Origin: Chiloscyllium plagiosum
Lineage: Eukaryota
Direction of reading: 5' to 3'
DNA length: 64,000 nt
Assembly (NCBI RefSeq): GCF_004010195.1
Contig: NC_057757.1
Coordinates: 420,367-484,366 of the forward strand
Shown here: positions 36,365 through 49,070 of the stretch, piece by piece
Position numbering within the stretch: position 1 is the stretch's first letter
Layout of the letters: each line of letters begins with the position of its first letter
Program-made: the position numbers and the translations under genes
The notes under the pieces: generated by a model
What the model was told of the DNA's origin: nothing
Database searches by the model: none
What the model saw: only the letters and a program-made list of their open reading frames with translations

Positions 36365-37750
36365 ATTGATTTGGCAAATAGGGTTAAGGAGAATCCAAAG
36401 GGATTTTGTGAGCTTTATGGATAAAAGTGTAACTACAGAGAGAATAAGACCCCTCAAAGATCAGCAAGGCAACCTATATGTGGAACCGCAGAAGATGGGA
36501 GAGATACTAAATGAGTATTTTGCATCAATGTTTTCCTGCAGTGAAGGAATGGAAGATACAAAATGTGGGCAAATAGATAGTGACATCTTGAATAGATAGG
36601 GACAGGATTTACATGTACTGTATTTAGAAAACAAGGACTGATTAGGGATACTCAACATACCTTTGTGCGTGGGAAATCATGTCTCACAAACTTGACTGAG
36701 TTTTTTGAAGAAGTAATGAAGAGAATCGATGAGGGCAGGACAGTGGACATGATTTATATGGACTTCATTAAGATGTTCAACAAGGCTCCTCATGGTAGAC
36801 TGATTAGCAAGGTTAGATCACATGGAATACACGGAGAACTAGCCATTTGAATACAGAACTAGTTCAAAGGGAGAAGATGGAGGGTATTGGTGGAAGGTTG
36901 CTTTTCACCTTTTCAGACTAGAGGCCTGTGACCAGTAGTGCGCCACAAGGATCAGTGCTAGATCCACTGCTTTCCGTCATTTATATAAATGATTTGGATG
37001 TGAACATAGGAAGTATAGTTAATATGTTTGCAGATGACACCAACATTAGAGGTGGAGTGGACAGTGAAGAAGGTTACCTCAGAGGTACAACAGGATCTTA
37101 ATCAGACGGGCCAATAGAGTGGCAGATGGAGTTTAATTCAGATAAATGTGAGGTGCTGTACTTTGGAAAGGCAAATCAGGGCAGGACTTTTACACTTAAT
37201 AGTAAAGTCCTGGGAAGTGTTACTGAACAAAGAGACCTTGGAGTGCAGATTCATAGTTCCTTGAAAGTAGAGTCACACATAGATAGGATAGTGAAGAAGG
37301 TGTTTGGTATGCTTTCCTTTATCGGTCAGAGCATTGAGTACAGGAATTGGGAGTTCATGTTGCAACTGTACAGGACATCGGTTGGGCCACTTTTGGAATG
37401 TTGTGTGCAACTGGTCTCTCCTCAATCGGAACTTTAAAAGGTTCAGAAAAGATTTACAAAGATGTTGTTGGGGTTGGAAGGTTTGAGCTATAGGTGACCT
37501 TATAGAGGTTTATCAAGTCATGAGGGGCATGGACAGGGTAAATAGACAAGGTCTTTTCCCTGAGGTGGGTGAATCCAGAACTAGATGGCATACATTTAAG
37601 GTGAGAGATTTAAATGGAACCGGAGGGGCAACTTTTTCATGCAGAGAGTGGAATGAGCTGCAGGAGGAGGTGGTGGAGGCTGGTACAATGACAACAATTA
37701 AAAGGCATCTGGATGGATATATGAATAGGAAAGGGAGAGGGATATGGGCC
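36365..37750 (+). mobile_element. CR1 LINE fragment; its 3' end continues at 39338-39450 after an L1 insertion
   Basis: GKSCLTNLTEFFEEV, MEFNSDKCEVLYFGK. Confidence 0.85.
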
Positions 37751-39337
37751 TATTAACTGGTTATGTGAGGTCTGGGAGCAAGTGCTAGGAGTGGAGATTT
37801 TATTGCTGGAACAGCACAGCAGGTCAGGCAGCATCCAGGGAACAGGAGATTCGACGTTTCGGGCACAGGCCCTTCTTCAGGAAAGGCTCTCAGGTCTTCT
37901 TTGTGATTCAACTCCACTTTCCCGCTCACTACCTATATTGAGTCATAATCATAGTCATAGAGATGTACATCACAGAAACAGACCCCTTCTGTCCAATTGT
38001 CCATGACGACCAGATTTCTAAATTAATCTAGTCCATTTGCCAGCATTTGGCCCATATCCCTCCTTTTTGTAAATATATTTATTTGCAAATTTTTTTTAAC
38101 TTTACAAACATAAAATTATTGAAAAATACAATCAATAACAATATCAGTATAATAAAAACAAAAAAAACACAAATTACAATGCAACTACTGTCTACCAACT
38201 ACTAACCTACCCTATAATACAAAACAAACCCGAACACTGTGCAAAGCAACACAAAAAAACGCAAATAAAAAGCCACAAAATACAGAACAGCTATGCTTGG
38301 CACAAAGTTCCCAAACAAAGGAACATTGTGTATATACCCACATTAACTCAGGGGACTCCCTCCAGGGCCCAGGGCTTGACAAATCTAACCAGCCTGGTTC
38401 GACAAAAGCCCTAGTTAGGATAACTGACAAATCTATATCCAAGTGACACCAGTAGGGCTGCCATGTCTTATAAAAATGGTCTGTTCTGTGGTGCACCATG
38501 TTTGTAAAAATGTCCAAGGGAATGTACTCCACAATTAATTTCTGCCATCCCAGTAAGCCTGGCAGGTTCTCAGACACCCAATTCATCAGAATATTCTTCC
38601 GTGCACAGTATGCAAGAATATTAAATAGTTTCTTCCCATGCCCGTCTAAAGATGGTAAATTCAGTAGACCTAAGAGGAGAGATATCGGGTCTACTTTTAC
38701 TTCAGTCCTCAATACCCTCCCTATCTCTCCTGCCACAGCGCTCCAATAAACACGGAGCCTGTGGCATGTCTAGAAGTAATGGGTAAGAATACCTACACTT
38801 ATTTTACATTTGGGGCACACTGATGATGCCCTTTTTTTAAACTTCGCCAGACGGCCTGGTGTCAGATGAGCCCTGTGCAGAACTTTTAACTGCGTAGCGC
38901 ATGTCCTATTACAGACTGAGATCTTTCGAGTATTCTCCCATATGTTCTCCCATGTTTCAGAAGAGATCTCCACTCCTAGGAGAAAGTGAGGTCTGCAGAT
39001 GCTGGAGATCAAAGTTGAAACTTTATTGCTGGAACAGCACAGCAGGTCAGGCAGCATCCAGGGAACAGGAGATTCGACGTTTCGGGCACAGGCCGAAGAA
39101 GGGCCGAAGCTGTTCTGTATTTTGTGGCTTTTTATTTGCGTTTTTTTGTGTTGCTTTGCACAGTGTTCGGGTTTGTTTTGTATTATAGGGTAGGTTAGTA
39201 GTTGGTAGACAGTAGTTGCATTGTAATTTGTGTTTTTTTTGTTTTTATTATACTGATATTGTTATTGATTGTATTTTTCAATAATTTTATGTTTGTAAAG
39301 TTAAAAAAAATTTGCAAATAAATATATTTACAAAAAG
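37751..39337 (+). mobile_element. 5'-truncated L1-clade LINE 3' end (CCHC zinc knuckle + 3' UTR), secondarily rearranged
   Basis: KVLHRAHLTP...CPKCK...LTHYF*TC; AATAAA near the end; 14-bp TSD GAGGGATATGGGCC at 37737-37750 and 39338-39351; most of the ORF now lies on the minus strand. Confidence 0.85.
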
Positions 39338-39515
39338 GAGGGATATGGGCCAAATGCTGGCAAATGGACTAGATTAATTTAGAAATCTGGTCGTCATGGA
39401 CAATTGGACAGAAGGGGTCTGTTTCTGTGATGTACATCTCTATGACTATGATTATGACTCAATATAGGTAGTGAGCGGGAAAGTGGAGTTGAATCACAAA
39501 GAAGACCTGAGAGCC
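37885..39515. repeat. 408-bp inverted repeat (37885-38292 vs 39108-39515)
   Basis: The arms read as exact reverse complements by eye. Confidence 0.92.
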
Positions 39516-40117
39516 AAACGATCTATTCTTGCTCCCATTTCTTCTGCTATTCCAATAAACATTTTTCCTATCCTGTCTAAAGTTTGAAAATGTAGAAGAT
39601 TAGAGTGTACAAAGGATCGATATTGGATGGAACTTAATGGTCATGGCAGGGGGCATGCTCACAGCAGGAAAACTTTACTAAAGCCATTTTCAGGAGGCCC
39701 ACTGAATTAAATTCCAATTGGTTACATGTTCCTACCTTCAAACTTTCCAGTTCCTGCGAGAGATTGTTACCCCAAAATCCTAGTGCAGAGTGGATATCCT
39801 ACCTCTTGGAATTGTTGGCCAACCAGGGACAGCAGGCAGCAGGGAGCCGGCAGCGAGGGTGGGAGCAGGCAGACCAGGGCAGTGGCAGGGGCAAGGTTGA
39901 AGCTTTGTGAGGAGTGTGAGCACAGCATGGCTAGGCACTTACAGACTGTGGTGTTGAACTGTTAACTGTGTTGCTTTGTTTTTCTATTTTATTAGTAAGA
40001 ACTGCTGTAATGTTTAACCTTTTTAACTTTGTTTTGTTTATTTTGCTGCTTTGCACCAAGATTCCATACTTGGTTACTTTTGTACCTAAGGTGGTGCCAT
40101 AAGTGACGACTTGTAAA

Positions 40118-40450
40118 CAGATTACAGATTACATTACAGATTACATATTACAGATTACATTACAGTGTGGAAACAGGCCCTTCGGCCCAACAAGTCCACA
40201 CCGACCCGCCGAAGCGAACCCACCCATACCCTTACATTTACCCCTTACCTAACACTACGGGTAATTTAGCATGGCCAATTCACCTGACCCTGCATGGATG
40301 GTGGGAGGAAACCGGAGCACCCGGAGGAAACACACGCAGACACGGGGAGAACGTGCAAACTCCACACAGTCAGTCGCCTGAGGCGGGAATTGAACCCGGA
40401 TCTCTGGCGCTGTGAGGCAACAGTGCTAACCATTGTGCCACCGTGCCGCC
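40118..40450 (-). mobile_element. HE1-like V-SINE with (ATTACAG/ATTAC)n tail
   Basis: Minus strand begins ggcggcacggtggcacaatggttagcactg...gggttcaattcccgcc; V-domain present; tandem tail at 40118-40165. Confidence 0.85.
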
Positions 40451-42449
40451 AACGTTTCAATGTACTCATGTAATTACATGCAACAATAAACCAAATTCAA
40501 TTCAGCACAGCAATTTATGCAAAATGCTGCATATCTAGCATTGGCACTGAGTTCATTGGAGCTCAGCTTCACTGGGTCACTCAAATAGTTCATATGGATC
40601 CCTAGGCACTAATAACAATGCTCTGTGACTAGTTGAGCATGGAAATCCCACACCGTGGAGCATTCCAGATTTAGAAATAAAAAGAATCTGAAAGCCAACC
40701 TCAGAAATTACAAGCTGAATCCCAATGCATGGGAAAAAACCATCGTTGGACAGACCCCAATGGGAAAATCTCTGTCATTGAACGATTTTGACATTTTAAC
40801 AGAGCCAAATGCCTTCAGGACAACCAGAGCAGACTGCAAATATGCCAATGGCTCCATCCAACCTTCCAATCAATTTTATACAATATTTGCAATTAGTTAC
40901 GCAAATCAAGATTTAGGGTTTTTTTCATTCGCTTGGAGGATGGGAGCATCACTGGTTTGTCCAGCATTTATTGCTCATCCCTAATGAGCTGCCTTCTTGA
41001 ACTGCTAAAATCCATATGCTATAGGGATAACTACATGCTGTTCGGGAAGGAGTTCCAGGAGTTTGACCCAACAACATTGAAGGATGGCTATATAGGTCCA
41101 AGACAGATTGGTGAATGCCTCAGAAAGGAATTTGTAGGCAGTGGTGGTATAACATCTGAGGTGAGACACACTGTCGTAGACTGTAAACCAGTCCTTTTTT
41201 ATTGTTGAGCATACTTCTGGCAAAGCAACAGGAGAGTCTATCCTCATAACCACTGTATCAGAGCAAGCTGGGAAAATCAAGGGATTATTCATTATATAAG
41301 AGTACAGACGAATAACTAATTCTGGGAAAGTCCTCGAAGAATGACAAACATAGATCTGACCAGTATTTATCCCTCAAATAAATCAGACATGGAAGATCTA
41401 GTCTTTATCACTTGGCTGTGCATAGGATTTTGCTATGCAGTTAGCTGTCAGGTTTCTTCCAAGAAAACAGTCAGTTCAGTTCAAAGCCAATACTTCATTG
41501 TTATTGGAATGCCTTGCCCTCTCGCTGAGGTTGTGACAGTTGCAGTATAAACCTCAGTTCTTTGCTGCTGTTGTCTTTTGTTGTGAACCAGTTATATAAG
41601 GGTTAATGGACTATTACAAATGCAAAAGGATCTGTGAGTTTTCCAGCCGATGGCTGTCTGAGTTAAGCAGTCCAGAGGAAGTGTAAAAGTATATTTAGTG
41701 TGTGGTTAAAAATAGAAAGCTTTGCATCTGTTTTATATTTCCTTCATAACAGTTTGTGAGGCTTTAGAAATTACTGGCAGCTGCTTCCAACAGTTAGGTT
41801 AAAAAATGCATTTCTCAGATTTATGGAATCCAACAGCACAAGAAGAAGGAGGCCCTTTGGTCCCTCTTGTCTGTGCTGACTTTCTAAAAGAGCTTGCTAA
41901 TTAATTCCACTCTTCTCCAATGCTCAAAGCATGGTACATCTTTGGAATCAGGGGAGAAGGGGACAGAAGTGAAATTGAGTAGAAAATCAACCATGATCTT
42001 GTTCACTGGCAGATCTTACTCAAGAGGGTTGAGTGTCCTATCCTGATTCCTATTCCTAACAGTCTTATCTTCTGCCTTTTCCACATAGCCACTTCACTAT
42101 AAAGTCAATGTGATTAATCATTGCATGATTCTGCTAAGGAAGCCTTTCAGCCCATTATGGCTCTGCTAGCTTTGTCAGAACTCTCTGATTCATTCTAATG
42201 ACTCCCTGGAAGCTGTACAATGGCTGTCCCCTTTTAGCTTGAATCTGATTCAAAAGCAACATCCTCTGGAACTCAGTGGGTCTTTGTTCCTCTCTGTGAG
42301 ATCAAGACTTGACAGGCTTCAGACTGTATAGTGAGTTGCTGATCTCAGACGATGAGAGGATTGGTTTAATAATTGCATTGCTAGGATATACCACTAAATC
42401 ACTACCCAATATACACAGGGGTTGGACATCAGCCTCTGCTTTAAATATG

Positions 42450-43975
42450 ACACAAAGGGTAGTGGTAGAAGGCTATTTGAGTGACTAGAGGCTGTGTCCA
42501 GAGGTGTACCAAAGAACCAGTACTGGAACCTTTACTGTTTCTTATAAATGATAAAGATGAAAATGTGGGGGAATGTTAAGCAAATGTGCAGACGACCCCA
42601 AGATTGGTAGCATGGTTAATAGAGAAGAAGATGGTTGTAGGGTCCAGGAAGACATAGTGGGTTGGTCAGATGGGCAGACCAGTGGCAGATTGTTATTAAC
42701 CCTGGTTAGTGTGAGCTGCTGCACTTTGGAAGAAGGAAAAAGATGAGGGAGTATTTAATGAATGCTAGGACATTGAGTGGCTTACAGGAACAGAGAGACC
42801 TTGGGGTAATTATTCATGGACCCCTAAGTCGGCCGGACAGTTAGAAGATAAATGGGACACTTGCTTTCATCAGTCGTAGCATACAATATAATAGCAAGGA
42901 GATAATGTTGGAGTTCTACTGGGCATTGTTCAGGCCACAGCTGGAGTACTGTGTGCAGTTCTGGTCACCTCACTACAGGAAGGATGTGACAGCATAGAGG
43001 GGGTACAGACGAAGTTCACCGGAATGTTGCTTGGGGTGGAGAAATTGAGCTATAAATAGAGACTAGATAGGCTTGGGATTTTTTCTTCAGAGTATGGAAG
43101 ATTGAGGGGGAGCATGACTGACATGTATAAGATTATGAGGGATATGGACAGGGTGAATAGAGAGCAGCTGCTCCCCTTGGTTGAGGGGTCAATCACAAGA
43201 CAACATAACTTTAGGGTAAGGGGCAGGAGATTCAGATGGGATTTGAGAAAATAACGTTTTCGCTCAGTGTGTGGCGGGAATCTGGAATGCACTACTTGGG
43301 AAGATTATGGAGGCTGAAAACCTTACAACCTTTAAAAAATATCATAGCATTCAAGGATAAATGTCAAATGCAGGAAATTGGGATTAGCTCACCTTTAGTG
43401 GTAGACATGCTGATGTCGACTGAATGGGTCAAAGAGCCTTTTCTATACTGTATGAATGTATGAATTATGTGGGAGCGTGAAACTTGAAAGCGTTCAGAAA
43501 AGATTTACAAGGATGTTGCCAGGATTGGAGGATTTGAGCTATGGGGAGAGGCTGAACAGGGTGGGTCTGTTTTACCTGGAGCGTCAGAGGCTGAAGGGTG
43601 ACCTTATAGAGGTTTAGAAAATTATGAGGGGCATGGATAGGATAAATAGACAAAGTCTTTTCCCTGGGGTCGGGGAGTCCAGAACTAGAGGGCATAGGTT
43701 TATAGTGAGAGGGGAAGGATATAAAATAGACCTAAGGGACAACTTTTTCACACAGAGGGTGGTACGTGTATGGAATGAGCTGCCAGAGGGAGTGGTGGAG
43801 GTTGGTACAATTACAACATTTAAGAGGCATTTGGATGGCTATATGGATAGGAAACGTTTGAAGGGATGTGGGCCGGGTGCTGGCAGGTGGGACTAGATTG
43901 GGTTGGGATATCTAGTCGGCATGGACGAGTTGGACCGAAGGTTCTGTTTCCATGCTGTACATCTCTATGACTCTA
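42450..43975 (+). mobile_element. Two adjacent CR1 3' fragments (old 42450-43460; younger 43480-43975)
   Basis: LEYCVQFWSPHYRKD and MRGMDRINRQSLFPGVGESRTRGH. Confidence 0.8.
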
Positions 43976-44249
43976 ATTAGAAGCACTCATATACCGAGCT
44001 GAGAGTATCCGAACCCCACATCAGCAGTTTGTCTACTGTACGTCAGATGCATTGATGCATTTTTGGAAATAATATAATCATAGAAATGTACAATATGGAA
44101 ACAGACCCTTCGGTCCAATTCCTCCATGCTGACCAGATATCCTAACCTAATCTAGTCCCATTTGCCAACATTTGGCCCATATCCCTCTGAACCCCTTCAT
44201 ATACCCATCCAGATGCCTTTTAAATGCTGATACTTTGATGAAAAGAAAA

Positions 44250-45535
44250 CTTGAATTTCTATAGCAACTTTCACCATCTTAAGGCATTTGAAAGTACTCT
44301 ACAGACAATTAAATATCCTTTAAATGTTATTATGTTTTGTATTCATTCATGGGATCTAGGCGGCATTGGGCTGGGCACATATTTGTTTTCCATCCAAAGT
44401 CATCCTTAGGACAGTGATAGTGAGCTGCCTTCTTGTAATTGTTGAAGAGTAGGAAATGTGGCAAGCAAATTGCACACAGTGAGCTTCCAAAAAACAACAA
44501 TGTGACAATAGTGCCATTACACCTTTATTCCCTATCTGAAACTCAAATGGATTTAAAACCTAATGATAATGATATCAGCACAGACCCTCTGATAGTGCTG
44601 CAATCCCTCATTACTGAACCTCTGAGAGTGCAGCTCTCCCTCAGCACTGACCCTCTAACAACGTCCACTCCCTCAGCACTGACCCTCTGACAGTATGGTG
44701 CTCCCTCCGTAATGACTCTCTGGCAGTGCGGCGCTCCCTCAGTACTGAATCTCTGACAGTGCAGTGCTCCGTCAGTATCGATTATCCAACAAAGCAGCAC
44801 TCCCTCGGTACTAATCCTTAAACTGTGTGCTGTCTCTCTCAGTTCTGGCCGTCTGATAGTGCTTGGGCTGGAGAATTTCACTTACAAAGAGAGATTGGAC
44901 AGACTGGGGTTGTTTTTCTGAGAGCAGAGTAGATTTAAAGTGGACATGATTGAAATGTATAAAATTGTAAGGACATAGATAGGGTAGACAGGAAGAAACC
45001 TTTCCTCTTGATGAAAAATTCAATAACCAGGGTCATAAATTGAACAGAAGGGCAGAAGGTTCAGAGGAGACATGAGGAAAAACTCTTTCACCCATAAGGC
45101 AGTGGGAATCTGGACCCTATAGCCCGTAAAAGTCGTAGAGACAGAAATTCTCATAACATTTAAGAAGTGTTTAGATGTACACTAGCAATGCCAAAGCATA
45201 CAAGGTTATTGACCAAGTGCTGGAAAATGTGACGAGATCAGTAAGGTTGTTTTTGACCGGCACGGATGCAATGGGTCCAGGGGCCTTTCACTGTGTTGTA
45301 GAATTCTGACTCTATGAGTCTTTCAGTAATGACCATCCGACAGTGCAGTACTCCCTCAAAACTGACCCTCCAACATTGTAACATTCCCTCAAGAAAAGAC
45401 TCTCCAATAGTGCAGCTGTCCCTCAGTAGTGACCCTCCAACAGTGTAGTCCTTCCTCAGTACTGACCCACAGCAGTTCAGCATTCCATCTGTGCTGTAGC
45501 TAGGATTATTGGCCCAGATTATGGATTAAATCTCT
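44250..45535 (-). mobile_element. DeuSINE-like element with internal 33-bp array (44575-44860, 45320-45490) interrupted by a CR1 fragment (44862-45315)
   Basis: Tail-like sequence at about 44255-44310; array units on both sides of the CR1; head-side cccagattatg at about 45515. Confidence 0.65.
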
Positions 45536-45721
45536 AGAACATCAAATTGAGATCTTTCCTTCTGCTTTTGTTACATTTACCAATTTTATTATCCTGTTTA
45601 AAGGCCTTTAAGTGAAGGGGAGGCAGCATTCCTGGTGTTCCAGCCAACAATCCTCCTTCTGCTTTCATCATCAATCTTAATGTCAAATGCAATTTGATGG
45701 CTGCAGTGTCTTCCCAAATAG

Positions 45722-45862
45722 CATGATTTGGAAATGCCGGTGTTGGACTGGGGTGTACAAAGTTAAAAATCACACAACAACAGGTTATAGTCCAATAAAT
45801 TTAATTGGAAGCATAAGCTTTCGGAGCGCTGCTCCTTCATCAGGTGGTTGTGGAGAATAAGT
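45722..45862 (-). mobile_element. Short Penelope-type repeat (third family) with hammerhead-like core at 45812-45846; related pieces at about 9725-9853, 12765-12830, 52672-52727, 57740-57840
   Basis: Minus strand: cac-CTGATGA-a-GGAGC(agc)GCTCC-GAAA-GC-TTA; shared ggtgttggactggggtgtacaaagttaaaaatc segment. Confidence 0.6.
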
Positions 45863-46669
45863 GTGAAACTCCTCTCTGATTCCTATTCTGAGAATACTTG
45901 TAGGGAGATTGAAATGGGTTGGCATTAGGTTGTATTTTCCACATTGGAATGACTTTACTAACACAATAGATGGAAGGATGAGGTTATAGAGTTTACAGAA
46001 TAATCCTGTTTTATTAACAGAGGCAATGAATACTAAGAGAAGAAAATTACATTAAAACTTCAACCAACATTAACTCAGTCCCAAGAACTTAAACATGGAA
46101 ACATTGTCAATGTATGACTTTGAAGGAGGCATTTCAGCCTATCATGACCATGTCGGCAAAGCTGGAGCCTTGTATACAATGGGGAGAAAGTGAGGTCTGC
46201 AGATGCTGGAGATCAGAGCTGAAAATGTGTTGCTGGAAAAGCGCAGCAGGTCAGGCAGCATCCAGGGAACAGGAGAATCGACGTTTCGGGCATTCCTGAA
46301 GATTCTCCTGTTCCCTGGATGCTGCCTGACCTGCTGCGCTTTTCCAGCAACACATTTTCTACTGTGAAGAGAATGCAATTCTGTATCTTCTGCATCCACC
46401 CACGAGCCCCCCCAAAAAATAGATTTCCATTACTTAATGTTGGCAGTTGCCTTGGCTTCAAGCTCTTGTTTTCCATCTCCGTCCAATTGTCTGTACTAGG
46501 ACACTCCTAAAAGATAACCCCTTTGATAAAGCTAATGATCAGTCGTGCTAATATTTCATTTGATCAATGGCAAACATTGTCTGATAATAGCTGCTGTTGA
46601 GCACCTTGGGACATTTCATTATGTGAAAGGCTCTTTATAAATCCATAATGGAAAATGAATACACAGACC

Positions 46670-48127
46670 TGCATTTCTCTAGCGTCTTTCACAACCTCAG
46701 GACATCTAAAAGTGCTTTACAGTTTAGTCACTGCAGTAATGAAGGAAACACATTTGTCAATTGGTCTCAGCAAGATCCCACAAACTGAACACTGAGAAAA
46801 CCCAAGAACTGCCCTTCTGTTCTCCTAAATGGTGACCGAAGAATCTTTCATAACCACCTGAGAGGCCAGTCAGAGCATGACTCAACCAAAATATGTCACC
46901 AACATTAGAGTGGTACTCCCTCAGGATTGACTCTCTGAAAGTGCATCACTCCCTCAGCACTGACTCTCCGACAGTGCAGTGCTCCCTCAGCACTGACTTT
47001 CCAACTGTGCGGTGCTCCCTCAGCACTGACCCTCGACAGTGCTGAGCTCACGCAATCCTGACCCTCCGATAGTGCTGTGCACCCTTAACCCTGACCCTCC
47101 GACAGTGCATCACTCCCTCAACCCTGACCATCCGACAGTACGGTACTCCGTCAGCACTGACTGCCTGACAGTGCAGTGCTCCCTCAGCATTGACCTTCCA
47201 ATTGTGCGGCGCTCCCTCAGCACTGACCCTTGACAGTGCATCACTCCCTCAACCCTGACCCTCCGACAATACGGTGCTCCCTCAGCACTGACTGTCTGAC
47301 AGTGCAGTGCTCCCTCAGCACTGACACTCTGAAGGTGCATCACTCCCTCAGCACTGACTCTCTGACAGTGCAGTGCTCCCTCAGCATTGACCTTCCAACT
47401 GTGCGGCGCTCCCTCAGCACTGACCCTCCGACAGTGCTGTGCTCTCTCAACTCTTACCCTCTGACAGTGCATCACTCCCTCAGCACTGTCCTTCCAACTG
47501 TGCAGCGCTCCCTCAGCACTGTCCCTGCAACAGTGCTGTGCTCCCTGAACACAGATGCTCCAACAGAGTGGCACTCTCTCAGCGCTGACCCTCCAACAGT
47601 TCAGTGCTCCCACAGCACTAACCCTCTGACAGTGTGGCACCCCCTGAGCACTGATCCTCTAACAGTGCAGTACTCCCCCAGGACTGAACCTCTGATGATA
47701 CCGTGCTTCCTCAGTACTGACCCTCCCACAGTGCAGCATTCCCTCAGTAATGACCCTCCCAGTGTGGCACTCCTTCAGTACTAACCCTCTGACAATGAGG
47801 CATGCCCTGAGCACTGACCCTCTGACAGTGCAGCACTCCCCTAGGACTGAACCTCCAATGATGCAGTGCTCCTTCAGTACTAACCCTCCAACAGTGCAGT
47901 ATTCCCCCAGTAATGACCCTCCCACATACCTAAAAATGGGCACTCCTTCAGTACTCACTCTCTGACAATGTGGCGTTCCCTCAGTACTGACCCTACGATA
48001 GTACAGCAATTTCTTAGTACTGCACTGAGTGTCAGCTGTGACCCTTGTGCTTAAGTCTCTGGAGTTGGACACCAAAGCCGCAATCTTCTGACTCAGTGAT
48101 GAGTTGGCTACCTACTGAGCCATGGCT
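46670..48127 (-). mobile_element. SacSINE1-like DeuSINE with about 1.1 kb internal tandem expansion
   Basis: tRNA-like head at 48016-48127, Deu-domain-like core at 46805-46910, L2-type tail at 46670-46725. Confidence 0.7.
46912..48020. repeat. 33-bp minisatellite, roughly 33 units
   Basis: Repeated ctccctcagcactgac(c/t)(c/t)t(c/t)(c/t)gacagtgc; periodic SLSTDPPTVQC ORFs. Confidence 0.95.
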
Positions 48128-49064
48128 CTTATGGAGGTAACTCCAAAATATGTAACTTCAAAGCAAATGACACAACAATTCTCATGTGCAATTCCCTAAA
48201 GACAACAGTGACAGATTTTCAATCACCCATGCAGCATCGAACAGTTTCAATTCACAGATTACTTTAATCAGTCTCTTAAAAAAAACACAATCATACACAA
48301 ACCTTATATTACAGGAAACCAAATCATAGCAGTATTGGGACTGGCAATTTAAAAAAAAAGACATATAGCTATTTCATTGTTAATTTAGTTGTAGGCCGCA
48401 TACAAAAGTTTTCCTGCCACGTTTTGTTGCTTGATTTCCTATTTGGCAGTTTTAAGCCTAAAAATACATAAAAGTATTTACAGTATTACTGCCTCCAAAC
48501 AAAAAGGAACAGTAATATTCTCCTAATCTTTTGGGCATAGGATACAACCCAAGAAAACAGAAAATTCTGGGAGTGAGATAGTGCAGGGCAACAAGATATT
48601 TTTAACCTGAACCATTTACTCCTTTTCTCCCGTTCCATAGATGCTGCCAGTTCCGCTGCATTTTTTGTTTTAATCAGCATTTGGGTTGTCCTTTGCCAGC
48701 AGCAATTTCAACTGTTCCCAAATGTAGCTACAGTCCCATTCCCACTCTACAGTCTGTACAGTGGACTGTACATTTGGACAACAATTCCACCATTTCACCA
48801 CAATGACCACCATCTGGGCTCCTTGAAGTGCGATCAAGTTGCAGCACTTGAACTCAAGCTCACAATCAGAAAGTTGCTGAAAATTTCACTCTCCGGAGCT
48901 CAGTTTGAGCATTATCTCTGGTTCCTCGTCAGCCATTCTGTACAGATAGCAGCTCCTTTTGTTCACTGCACAATTCACCTTTGGAATCCAGTATTCCCAA
49001 AAGCTCTTTAGTTTTCACATTTTGCACTGATGCTATTTGTATTTAGGCGGGGTGCAGCATACTG

Positions 49065-49070
49065 TTTATT
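49065..49070 (-). promoter_or_regulatory. Candidate polyadenylation signal for the OR-like gene
   Basis: TTTATT on + (AATAAA on -) about 630 nt downstream of the stop codon; motif only. Confidence 0.3.

Noticed and set aside
47110..47784. Long Cys/His-rich ORFs (also 25333-25845) resembling zinc-finger or repeat proteins
   Set aside because: By-product of an 11-codon minisatellite open in several frames on both strands; no splice or domain support
46912..48020. CRISPR-like array with 33-bp periodicity
   Set aside because: Units are contiguous degenerate tandem copies with no unique spacers, no cas genes are present, and the context is vertebrate and SINE-internal
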